Origin: Thermodesulfobacteriota bacterium
Lineage (GTDB): Bacteria > Desulfobacterota > BSN033 > WVXP01 > G020346125
Assembly (NCBI GenBank): GCA_030145085.1
Contig: JAQYWG010000001.1
Location: forward strand, 1-60,553
Reading direction: 5' to 3'
Length of the DNA: 60,553 nt
Shown: positions 1 through 7,745 of the stretch, piece by piece
Layout: each line of letters opens with the position of its first letter
Position numbering within the stretch: the first letter of the stretch is position 1
Notes under the pieces: model-generated
Told to the model about the DNA's origin: nothing
Database searches by the model: none
Seen by the model: the letters and a program-made list of their open reading frames with translations, nothing else
Translations under genes and position numbers: made by a program

Positions 1-154
1 GTCCATGCTGTCACGGTGGCGCTATTGGGGGAGAGGATAAGAATCCATTCCTGGGGGCAAGTATTCCGTTAGGAAGAGCATGTATGGCCTGCGCTGGAGG
101 CCGTAATTCATTTCCCGCTTTTGTGGTTTGTAAGCCGAACCCGGGAACCTTCTT

Positions 155-1108
155 TCACGAAGCGCTCTTTAAGCGCTCAATCCTATTCCTTACATCCAAA
201 AAATCGCTATCAAGGCTGATGACATGATTGTAGGCTTTTAGAGCTTCCTGCATCATGCCGTTGCTCTCATAAGCTAACCCCAGCCGATATTGGAGCCTGA
301 TTACCTCTTCTCTGTTGAGTTTTTTGACATGAGAGGCGTCGTTAAAGTAATGGATGGCTTTCTCGTATTCCTCCTTTTCCATAAAGCACATTCCCAACAT
401 CACCAGGCAATCGAATTTTCTTTCCTTATCCCCCGATGCAGTTTCAAATTCGGCAATGGCATGATCAATTAACTCCATCTCCTTGTAGGCAATGCCCAGG
501 TGATAGTGCACCTCGAAGTCTTTATCCTCCGTTTCCTGAACGATTTCGGAAGGGCCGAGAATGGTCACTTCATCCTTCGGCTCTTCACGGGCGGGAAGGG
601 ACTGCTCTGGATGGGGTTCTTCGGCCATCGGAGGTGGCTCTATGATGGGCCCTTCCTGGGACTGGGTTTGAGCTCGAACCCTATTCTGTTCGATTTTTTC
701 CAGCGCCTCTAAGGCAACGGGATCATCGGGCTGGACTTTAAGGATATTATGATACTGAAGTCGGGCACTGCCGACCAAATTCTCCCTTACATAGAGATTT
801 GCCAACTTATGATAGACATCGACTAAGTGTTGGTCCAGGTACAGTATCTTTTTGTAGATAGCGGTAGCCCTAAAATTGAGGTCGTCATTCTCATATTGTT
901 GGGCGACCTTCATATATTCGTCGATGGCCTTGTCCTTATGTCCATTTTTAAGATAGAGGTCACCCAATTTTAGGCGCAACCGTATATTCTTGGGGTCCTT
1001 ATCAAGGATTTTCCGGTATTCCTTGATGGCCTTTTTGTGCTGCCCCTTCTTTATGTACTTTTGAGCGATATCGAAGAGATGTTCTTTCGGTAAGTTCAAC
1101 TGCATCAA
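155..1108 (-). CDS. TPR-repeat protein, no signal peptide, central Pro/Glu-rich linker
   Basis: 317-aa ORF with repeated TPR-like helices (KAIKEYRKILDKDPKN, KAIDEYMKVAQQY, EKAIHYFNDASHV, EALKAYNHVISLDSDF). Divergent from the GTPase operon. Confidence 0.8.
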   Translation of the reverse strand: MMQLNLPKEHLFDIAQKYIKKGQHKKAIKEYRKILDKDPKNIRLRLKLGDLYLKNGHKDKAIDEYMKVAQQYENDDLNFRATAIYKKILYLDQHLVDVYHKLANLYVRENLVGSARLQYHNILKVQPDDPVALEALEKIEQNRVRAQTQSQEGPIIEPPPMAEEPHPEQSLPAREEPKDEVTILGPSEIVQETEDKDFEVHYHLGIAYKEMELIDHAIAEFETASGDKERKFDCLVMLGMCFMEKEEYEKAIHYFNDASHVKKLNREEVIRLQYRLGLAYESNGMMQEALKAYNHVISLDSDFLDVRNRIERLKSAS

Positions 1109-1197
1109 CCAAAAGAGGGCTTTTTTATTACAAACAATTAATTACATAAAGGCTGGATAAAAGTCAAGGTGGAAAAAAGACAAAGGTCGCTAAAGAG

Positions 1198-1269
1198 GTG
1201 GATTATTTTCGAACTTTCCGTCCCACCCAGAATGAACAATTTTTGTCCGCATGGTCGAAAATAGTCCAC
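1198..1269. promoter_or_regulatory. Imperfect inverted repeat with 17-nt arms, candidate operator or enhancer-binding site
   Basis: GTGGATTATTTTCGAAC (1198-1214) pairs with GGTCGAAAATAGTCCAC (1253-1269), 14 of 17 positions complementary by eye. It lies about 320-380 bp upstream of the sigma-54 promoter. Confidence 0.3.
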
Positions 1270-1578
1270 ATAATAAAAATTATTCCTTAAACTGTAAACA
1301 GATGTAAGGAATATATTAATGTTGATTATTAGAACTTACATATAATTTCCTGTTATTTTAGACTAATCTGCCAATTATGTTTACCTGACTTTGGGCGTAG
1401 ACGAATGAATGGCCTGAAATAGCTCACTAAAGGGAGGAGGAAACTGTGGTTAAAAATCGACCATTTCGTTTAGTATGTGGACCTTTTTTGATAACCCCAT
1501 TATTTACTTATTTTCTCATTGTGAGAAAAAATCAATAATATTAATAAGTTAAATTACTTTTCCTGAAAAGACAATAAT

Positions 1579-1594
1579 TGGCATTCATTTTGCT
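1579..1594 (+). promoter_or_regulatory. Sigma-54 (-24/-12) promoter TGGCAT-N5-TTGCT
   Basis: aaTTGGCATtcattTTGCTTa with GG and GC 12 nt apart. It sits 30 nt upstream of ATG 1624, and a GAGG ribosome-binding site lies between them. Confidence 0.65.
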
Positions 1595-1623
1595 TACACA
1601 TTCTAATCGCGAGGTTACTATTG

Positions 1624-2088
1624 ATGAAAGAAAAGCTCATGGAGATCAATTCCCTGAAGGGAGTCTGGGGGTATTTTCTCTGTGATAATATGGGGAAGAT
1701 ATTGGCGAGGCAAATGCCTATCGTCTTTATGAAACATCTGGCAATGATGGGAAAGGAGGTAACCCAGGTCATTGGCCTACTGGAGAACTTGAGCAGCAGT
1801 ACGGGGAACCTGGAATTTCTCTTTGAAGATGGAGGAGTGATGGTCAGGAGCGTGAAAAACTTTACCTTGGTGGTGTTTTGCGATCCAAACGTGGACATCT
1901 CCATGCTGAGGTCGAAGATGAATGTGATAATCTCTGAGATACAGGGGAATTCGAAAATGCAGGAACTGGTTCAAAAGGGAGAGTGGAGGAGAAGAAGGTT
2001 ACTCCAAAAGGAATATTTAAATCAGGAATACAGGGAGATCCTCGACCAATTGGTGCCCGAAGATATAAGCTCGTCTACCCCGAGTTAG
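1624..2088 (+). CDS. Roadblock/LC7 (MglB-like) domain protein with charged C-terminal tail
   Basis: ORF track 1621-2088, with ATG at 1624. The alternating beta/alpha pattern (GVWGYFLCDNMGKILA ... LEFLFEDGGVMVRSVKNFTLVVFCD) is typical of Roadblock folds. Assigned from motif pattern and operon context only. Confidence 0.55.
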   Translation: MKEKLMEINSLKGVWGYFLCDNMGKILARQMPIVFMKHLAMMGKEVTQVIGLLENLSSSTGNLEFLFEDGGVMVRSVKNFTLVVFCDPNVDISMLRSKMNVIISEIQGNSKMQELVQKGEWRRRRLLQKEYLNQEYREILDQLVPEDISSSTPS

Positions 2089-2108
2089 AAGGATAAGGAG
2101 TCAGGATC

Positions 2109-2996
2109 ATGGCGGAAACGAGAAGGAGGGGAATCAGCCTGTTGACCAAATTGACCATCGGGATCTTGATCCCCCTCGTCATATCATTTGGTGTGATTGG
2201 ATTTATTTACATCAGGCAGACCGAGGAGATTAAATCCATAGCAACAGAGGAAGGCGCCCGGACCCTCAATGATTTGGGGGAGAAGATGATAAGACAGAAG
2301 GCCCTGGACATAGCCAAACAGATCGAGATATTCATCAAATCTCACCCAGATTTCAGCAAGGGGGAATTCTATAATTCGCCAGCTCTCAAGGCCATAGCCG
2401 TACAAAAAGTGGGAGTGGGTAAAACTGGATATACATCCGTCCACGACAACAAGGGCATTAGCCGTTTCAACAAAAACCCGAAGGTCGTCGGAAGGGATCT
2501 CCTTTTGTTAGCCGAAAAACTCCCTGAATTCCGGTCGATCATAGAGACCAGTTTGAAGGGAAGGGCCCGCGGTTACTATGACTGGAAGGACACCGACGGC
2601 GTGCGGAGGCGCAAGTTCAGGTTTTGCGCTCCCATCGAGGGAACCGATCTCGTGGTCGCGGCCACCACCTCTATCGATGAATTCTCCAAGCCGGCCAAAC
2701 AGATCGAACATCGAATAATCAACAAAGTCGAAAGGACACGGATTCACTTCCTGATTGTAATGGGCGTATCCCTTATCGTTGTCATCCTGGTTACCTCCAT
2801 CTATTCGAGAACTGTTGTTAACCCCATTACATACCTGACCGACGTAGCCGACCGAATCAGCCTGGGGGACTTGGACACCAGGATCGAGATAAATTCCAGC
2901 GATGAGGTTGGCATGCTTGCCGATTCTCTCGAGAGAATGCAGGAAAGCTTAAAGGCGGCTATAGAACGACTGAGGAAAAAGCATTCTTCCGAATGA
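2109..2996 (+). CDS. Membrane sensor: TM, Cache-like periplasmic domain, TM, HAMP; no output domain
   Basis: Two hydrophobic helices (LLTKLTIGILIPLVISFGVIGFIYI and IHFLIVMGVSLIVVILVTSIY). A periplasmic segment of about 180 aa lies between them. HAMP motif: PITYLTDVADRISLGDLDTRIEINSSDEVGMLADSLERM. The ORF stops about 20 aa after the HAMP. Confidence 0.7.
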   Translation: MAETRRRGISLLTKLTIGILIPLVISFGVIGFIYIRQTEEIKSIATEEGARTLNDLGEKMIRQKALDIAKQIEIFIKSHPDFSKGEFYNSPALKAIAVQKVGVGKTGYTSVHDNKGISRFNKNPKVVGRDLLLLAEKLPEFRSIIETSLKGRARGYYDWKDTDGVRRRKFRFCAPIEGTDLVVAATTSIDEFSKPAKQIEHRIINKVERTRIHFLIVMGVSLIVVILVTSIYSRTVVNPITYLTDVADRISLGDLDTRIEINSSDEVGMLADSLERMQESLKAAIERLRKKHSSE

Positions 2997-3027
2997 GTTT
3001 GGCCTGACGGCAAATGGGAAGGAGAAA

Positions 3028-4182
3028 ATGACAAGGGAGTTGAAGAAGGTACTCATAGTGGACGATGAGGAAACTCTCACGTGGAGTATGGCAAAAAGCC
3101 TCTCAAGGGACAGGGATAAATACGGAGTGGAGATCGCAAACAACGGGAGAGAGGCCCTCGATGTTCTGAGTAAAATGCCCATTGACCTGGTTATTTCGGA
3201 CATTCGAATGCCGGATATCAATGGTTTGGATCTGTTGGTTCGCGTTAAGAGGGATTTTCCAAAGACGAAAGTGATCATCATGACGGCCTATGGGTCTTCG
3301 GATGTACAAAGGGAGGCGAGCAAAAGGGGATCCCTCCATTACATCGAAAAACCTTTTGAAATCAATGAAATCAGAAAATTGATTTTGGATCTCATCAAGG
3401 AAAAGAGGGGATTCGAAGGGAAGCTCTTCGACCTCCAATTGACCGATATCGTTCAAATGAATTGTCTCGGCCGGGTAACGACCATGCTGGTCATTACGAA
3501 AGACACTCATAGGGGGGTGATCTACTTTAATGACGGGGAGATCGTCCATGCCGAATGCGATGATATAGCGGGTGAAAAAGCCTTTTACACCATCCTTGAA
3601 TGGCAGGAGGGGAAATTTGTATCCAATATCGGAATCGTTCCACCTCGTGAGACGATTTCCTCGACCTGGGAACACTTGCTGGTGGAGGGAATGAAGAGGA
3701 AAGACGAGGGAGGGCCGTTAAGTTCGGAAATTGAAAAGGCGGAAAAGCCAAGGAGAAAAGAGGCTCCGGCAAACCAAGTGGACAGGGCGTTTGACCATTT
3801 GGAAGGGGGAGGGGAGAAGGGAAAACGGCAGAAAGCGGACCTATTCCATCGAATGTGCAAGTTGATCATGAAGATCCCGGAATGCGAAGGGATCATAGTC
3901 GCATCCAAAACCGGGAAGGTAGAAGCCTTCGAATCCATGGCCGAGATAGAAGAGGAAGGAGTACTGGCTGCCTTCCTCGGGTTATTTGGGGACAGGGTAG
4001 GAAACCTTTTTAGAATGGGTAAGCTTAACCGAATACTCTATGGAGATGTTCCACAGGGGAAGATGATCTTCAAACACGGGTCCAACTATTACGGAGTCGC
4101 ATTGAAAAGAGAGGCTCATTTCAACCGCTTCCTCGATTCATTGAAAAAGACGCTGGATAGTATCGCACAGGGGAAAGGATAA
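3028..4182 (+). CDS. Response regulator: REC + PATAN (DUF4388) + C-terminal Roadblock-like domain
   Basis: REC with DDE and the phospho-acceptor context LVISDIRMPDINGLD. PATAN signature: LFDLQLTDIVQMNCLGRVTTMLVI...GVIYFNDGEIVHAE...GEKAFYTILEWQEGKF. The C-terminal 110 aa (GIIVASKTGKVEAFES...) look Roadblock-like. Confidence 0.75.
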   Translation: MTRELKKVLIVDDEETLTWSMAKSLSRDRDKYGVEIANNGREALDVLSKMPIDLVISDIRMPDINGLDLLVRVKRDFPKTKVIIMTAYGSSDVQREASKRGSLHYIEKPFEINEIRKLILDLIKEKRGFEGKLFDLQLTDIVQMNCLGRVTTMLVITKDTHRGVIYFNDGEIVHAECDDIAGEKAFYTILEWQEGKFVSNIGIVPPRETISSTWEHLLVEGMKRKDEGGPLSSEIEKAEKPRRKEAPANQVDRAFDHLEGGGEKGKRQKADLFHRMCKLIMKIPECEGIIVASKTGKVEAFESMAEIEEEGVLAAFLGLFGDRVGNLFRMGKLNRILYGDVPQGKMIFKHGSNYYGVALKREAHFNRFLDSLKKTLDSIAQGKG

Positions 4183-4187
4183 GGAAT

Positions 4188-5225
4188 ATGATTTTCCCAA
4201 AAGGGGAAGTAATGCACAAGAATTTGAGCACCTCTTATACGAACCTCAATGGTTTGCTCCTTTCACTGAAAGGGGAGGATTTCAGTGGATATGTTAAAAT
4301 CGGCTTCATGGATTATGAAGCCATGCTCTTTATGGATTCGGGGGATATTATCAATGCCATCGAGCAGATGGGAGACAAGAAGAGAGTCGGCCAAAGGGCC
4401 ATCACCAATATCATATCCAAAGCAAAAGAGCAGGATGGCGTGATTAGCGTATATCAACTTTCACCTGAAATGGTCACAGTTTTGGCGAGCACACTGAAAA
4501 GGGAAATCCTCTATAGGGATCTTTCCACGGATTTCACAAGCCTGCAACGATTAATAGATAGGTTAGGCGAGCAAAAACATACGGGGTATATCGAAATCGC
4601 CTTGAGAAATGGCAAGGGGAGTGGAGTGATCTTCTTTCAAGAGGGGGAGCCCATCGAAACGATCCTTACCGCGAAGGATGGAGATCTTGTTTCGGGGAGG
4701 AATCTTCTCAGTCGGATCTTGGAGGAGGCTCAGGGAGCCGGAGTGGTTTTCCATGTGTACCGAGCTGATCTCCCCACACCTTCGGATCACATGGTAGAGA
4801 TCAATGAAGGGGGGAACCTCCAAGACTTGCTCAGGGTACTTCAAGATACAATCTCCAGTATAGAGACCGTTGTGGATGGATTGATCAAGAAGGGAATCTT
4901 CGGTTCCGAGTTGAGAAGGGTACTGGTTAAGAAGTCCAATGAGTACCCTTTTTTGGATCCCTTCGCCGCAGAGTTCAGATATGAAGACGGAAAAATCGTC
5001 TTCACGGGAAATACGGTTATCCGTGACTTGACAAGGGGATTGGGGGAATGTTTGGGACTAACGATAGAAGCTCTTTCAAATAAGTTTTCGAAAAAAAAGA
5101 TATTGGATCACGTGAAAGGGGAACTGGATCAGATTAAGGTCGACTTCAGAACAGAAATAAAAAAATTCAACCTTGAAATAGCTATGCCCGAGATTTTCGG
5201 GAGACACTTTATCAAGAAAAGATGA
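4188..5225 (+). CDS. Protein with two tandem PATAN/DUF4388-like repeats plus an unassigned C-terminal domain
   Basis: Internal duplication: FSGYVKIGFMDYEAMLFMDSGDIINA... and HTGYIEIALRNGKGSGVIFFQEGEPIET.... The ATG at 4212 has the better Shine-Dalgarno (aaGGGGAag) and may be the true start. Confidence 0.5.
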   Translation: MIFPKGEVMHKNLSTSYTNLNGLLLSLKGEDFSGYVKIGFMDYEAMLFMDSGDIINAIEQMGDKKRVGQRAITNIISKAKEQDGVISVYQLSPEMVTVLASTLKREILYRDLSTDFTSLQRLIDRLGEQKHTGYIEIALRNGKGSGVIFFQEGEPIETILTAKDGDLVSGRNLLSRILEEAQGAGVVFHVYRADLPTPSDHMVEINEGGNLQDLLRVLQDTISSIETVVDGLIKKGIFGSELRRVLVKKSNEYPFLDPFAAEFRYEDGKIVFTGNTVIRDLTRGLGECLGLTIEALSNKFSKKKILDHVKGELDQIKVDFRTEIKKFNLEIAMPEIFGRHFIKKR

Positions 5226-5644
5226 ATATTATTCTCTCCGGCAAGGATATAGTCAGGATCGATGGGTGTCTGAACAAGCTGGTAACGAGTTCAGCAGCAC
5301 ATTGCGTATTCTTGATCGATAGGTCTGGGCAATTAATCGCACACAGTGGCAATCCCTCAACGGTGGATGTTGCGGCGCTTTCGGCCCTAACGGCAGCCAA
5401 CTTCGGGGCAACGGCGGAAATTGCAAAGCTCCTTGGTGAAGATGAGTTCAACCTCCTTTTTCACAAGGGAAATAAGGAAAATATCTATTTTTCGGGGGTG
5501 GGCGAACACCTCATCGTGGTAACTATCTTCGATAATAAGACCTCCCTTGGATTGGTGAGATTAAGGGTAAACAAAGTCACCGACGAACTTTTGGAAATCT
5601 TTTCCGCGATTTTCGAGAGATCCAAATACATGAACTCCGGGTGA
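5222..5644 (+). CDS. mglB: MglB-like Roadblock/LC7 protein (candidate MglA GAP)
   Basis: 140 aa, ATGA-coupled to the upstream gene and directly upstream of mglA. Roadblock pattern: HCVFLIDRSGQLIAHSGN...AALSALTAANFGATAEIAKLLGE...HLIVVTIFD. Confidence 0.75.
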   Translation: MNIILSGKDIVRIDGCLNKLVTSSAAHCVFLIDRSGQLIAHSGNPSTVDVAALSALTAANFGATAEIAKLLGEDEFNLLFHKGNKENIYFSGVGEHLIVVTIFDNKTSLGLVRLRVNKVTDELLEIFSAIFERSKYMNSG

Positions 5645-5650
5645 TCTAGT

Positions 5651-6274
5651 ATGCCGTTTATCAATTTCAGTAAAGATGAAATTCAATGCAAGATCATCTA
5701 TTATGGGGCGGGCTTTTGTGGTAAGACCACCAACTTGCAATACATTTACAGCAAGACTACTGGAAAAACCAAGGGGAAAATGGTTTCCATCGACACGAAA
5801 GGGGGAGATCGAACTATCTTCTTCGACTTTCTCTCGCTCAATCTGGGCAAGATTAGGGGCTTCGACATCAGGGTACAGCTCTATACGGTCCCGGGACAAG
5901 TTCACTACGATGCCACCAGAAAACTGGTATTAAAGGGGGTGGATGGGGTAGTATTCGTCGCTGATTCCCTCAAGGTGCAGCGAAAGAAAAATATCGAGAG
6001 CTTGATCAACTTGGCCAAGAATTTGGCCGAAAAGAGGCTGAGCATTCGAACTGTTCCTTTGGTCATGCAGTATAATAAGCGGGATTTAGGCGGAACCGAC
6101 TCCGAGCTTCTTCCCGTGGAGATCCTCGAAAAGGATTTGAATTCGATGCTTAAGGTCCCGGTAATTGAAGCCAGTGCTTTGAAGGGGTTCGGGGTTTTCG
6201 AGACATTGAGGGAAATCAGTAAATTGGTTGTGAAGGAGGTAAGTCGAAAGGTTCTCTCCATGGATCGACTTTAA
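5651..6274 (+). CDS. mglA: MglA-family Ras-like small GTPase
   Basis: N-terminus MPFINFSKDEIQCKIIYYGAGFCGKTTNLQYIY. P-loop GAGFCGKT. MglA-specific switch-2 YTVPGQV. G4 motif QYNKRDL. DRTIFFDFL and LKGVDGVVFVADS closely mirror the Myxococcus MglA sequence as I recall it. Confidence 0.92.
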   Translation: MPFINFSKDEIQCKIIYYGAGFCGKTTNLQYIYSKTTGKTKGKMVSIDTKGGDRTIFFDFLSLNLGKIRGFDIRVQLYTVPGQVHYDATRKLVLKGVDGVVFVADSLKVQRKKNIESLINLAKNLAEKRLSIRTVPLVMQYNKRDLGGTDSELLPVEILEKDLNSMLKVPVIEASALKGFGVFETLREISKLVVKEVSRKVLSMDRL

Positions 6275-6316
6275 GTGGTCCCTGAGAACACTATCTTCGG
6301 ATAGGATTGGGTTTTT

Positions 6317-7729
6317 ATGGAAAAAGACGGTATAGAAGATCTGGATGAAGAGATCGAATCGGCGGTGGATTCCCTCTTCGTGGAAGAAGATACTGATGAA
6401 GGGATTAGGCCGGCAGGAGGAAAAGGGGGCATCCCCATACAGGCAGAACCCATTCCCGACATTTCTCCCGAGGTGATGGAGGAGCCCCTTGAGAGGGAGA
6501 TGCTTCGAGAGACCGCCCCAGAGGCCGAGCCGGTAGGCGAAGAGATCGTAACAGCCCCGGAGGCCGGGCCTGTGGGAGAAGAGATCATAACAACCCCGGA
6601 GGCCGAGTCTGTGGGCGAAGAGATCGTAACAGCCCCGGAGGCCAAGTCCGTAACGGAGGAGATAGCGTCCATTCCGGCGAAAGCCAAACCCGTGGAAAAG
6701 CCTCTGGAAGGGGAAAAGCTGCCCAAGGGTGTCGAAACTTTGGAGGTAGAACTCCTTTCCCTGGAGTGGGAATTCAATAGCGAGATCCTTAAGAAAATTA
6801 TTGCGGCTCTGGGTGGATTGAAAGCCGCTTACAGGGATAATGATTCCCTTTTGGAGATTATCAATATGATGGGCAAGGTTTCTCTCTATCTGCTCAATGA
6901 TGAAAAGAGCATTACACCGGAGGCCCTGAGGTTCTTGCAGGATGGAAAGGAAGTCATAAAGTTCCTGACCACGGAGAAAGGGGAGCTGCTCATATTCAAG
7001 AACCTCGTGGTTGAAGGTATCAATTCCCACTTTCAACTTTTGGGATTAGATAGGGGGGCAAGAAAGGACGAGGCTCCAGACGAGATATTTCAGAAGCTCT
7101 GTTCGGATTTAGAAAAAGATCGGATGAGGCTATTCGAGGGGGAAAACTGTTTAGGCAGGGCTCTTCACCAATTTAAGAATATGAAGGATGAACTCCTATT
7201 CGATGACGGAATGAGTGGCTTATCGGACGAATTGGAAAGAATCCAGGGTTCCCTAAGGAGTTGCTTCGGGGGTTTGGGCGACATTTCGGAGCAGTTTCAG
7301 CGGAAAATATTCGGGCAACGGTTATACGGAGTACAGAGGTTTTTGCTCGTTGAGACACAAAATCGGATATTTGGCATTCCAAGCGACTCGGTAATGAAAT
7401 CCTATACGCTTGCGGATGACTACGCTGAGAACATTGTCTCCCAGGATTCCATTACGCTTAAGGGAAAAAGAATTCCCTTGGTTAAACTATCCAGGGTATT
7501 CAACCTCGCCATGACGAGGGTGAAGAGGTCCCAGGGGATAGTTCTGGCAGGAGAGAGGAACCAAATAATAGCCATATTGGTGGATAGGGTATTGAGGAAT
7601 AGAAGCCTGTTCGTAAAGACCGCAGAGCAGGAGAGAAAGGGGTTAAAATATATAACGGCCATTTCGCATCTGAAAAGTGGCAAAATGGTTTATATCCTGA
7701 ACATTGACCGATTAAAGGCCCGCGCTTAG
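6317..7729 (+). CDS. Acidic tandem-repeat protein with C-terminal CheW-like domain
   Basis: The C-terminal 140 aa (FLLVETQNRIFGIPSDSVMKSY...LKGKRIPLVKLSRVFNL...GIVLAGERNQIIAILVDRVL...GKMVYILNIDRL) follow the CheW fold pattern. The N-terminus is highly acidic. Confidence 0.7.
   Translation: MEKDGIEDLDEEIESAVDSLFVEEDTDEGIRPAGGKGGIPIQAEPIPDISPEVMEEPLEREMLRETAPEAEPVGEEIVTAPEAGPVGEEIITTPEAESVGEEIVTAPEAKSVTEEIASIPAKAKPVEKPLEGEKLPKGVETLEVELLSLEWEFNSEILKKIIAALGGLKAAYRDNDSLLEIINMMGKVSLYLLNDEKSITPEALRFLQDGKEVIKFLTTEKGELLIFKNLVVEGINSHFQLLGLDRGARKDEAPDEIFQKLCSDLEKDRMRLFEGENCLGRALHQFKNMKDELLFDDGMSGLSDELERIQGSLRSCFGGLGDISEQFQRKIFGQRLYGVQRFLLVETQNRIFGIPSDSVMKSYTLADDYAENIVSQDSITLKGKRIPLVKLSRVFNLAMTRVKRSQGIVLAGERNQIIAILVDRVLRNRSLFVKTAEQERKGLKYITAISHLKSGKMVYILNIDRLKARA
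6515..6670 (+). repeat. Four in-frame tandem copies of a 39-bp (13-aa) unit, APEAEPVGEEIVT-like
   Basis: APEAEPVGEEIVT / APEAGPVGEEIIT / TPEAESVGEEIVT / APEAKSVTEEIAS, read directly from the translation and the DNA. Confidence 0.9.
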
Positions 7730-7745
7730 ACCTGATTGTTAATCG

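Noticed and set aside
1-154. Possible partial gene at the 5' edge
   Set aside because: Only a 23-codon open stretch ends at 70-72, which is too short to call.
6515-6670. Regularly spaced 39-bp repeats as a possible CRISPR-like array
   Set aside because: The units are contiguous with no spacers, in frame, and encode a coherent acidic peptide repeat inside a long ORF.
6086-7036. 316-aa minus-strand ORF across the mglA 3' end and the CheW-like gene
   Set aside because: It is antisense to two well-supported genes. Its repeats (RGCYDLF...) are just the reverse reading of the 39-bp coding repeat. No start context supports it.
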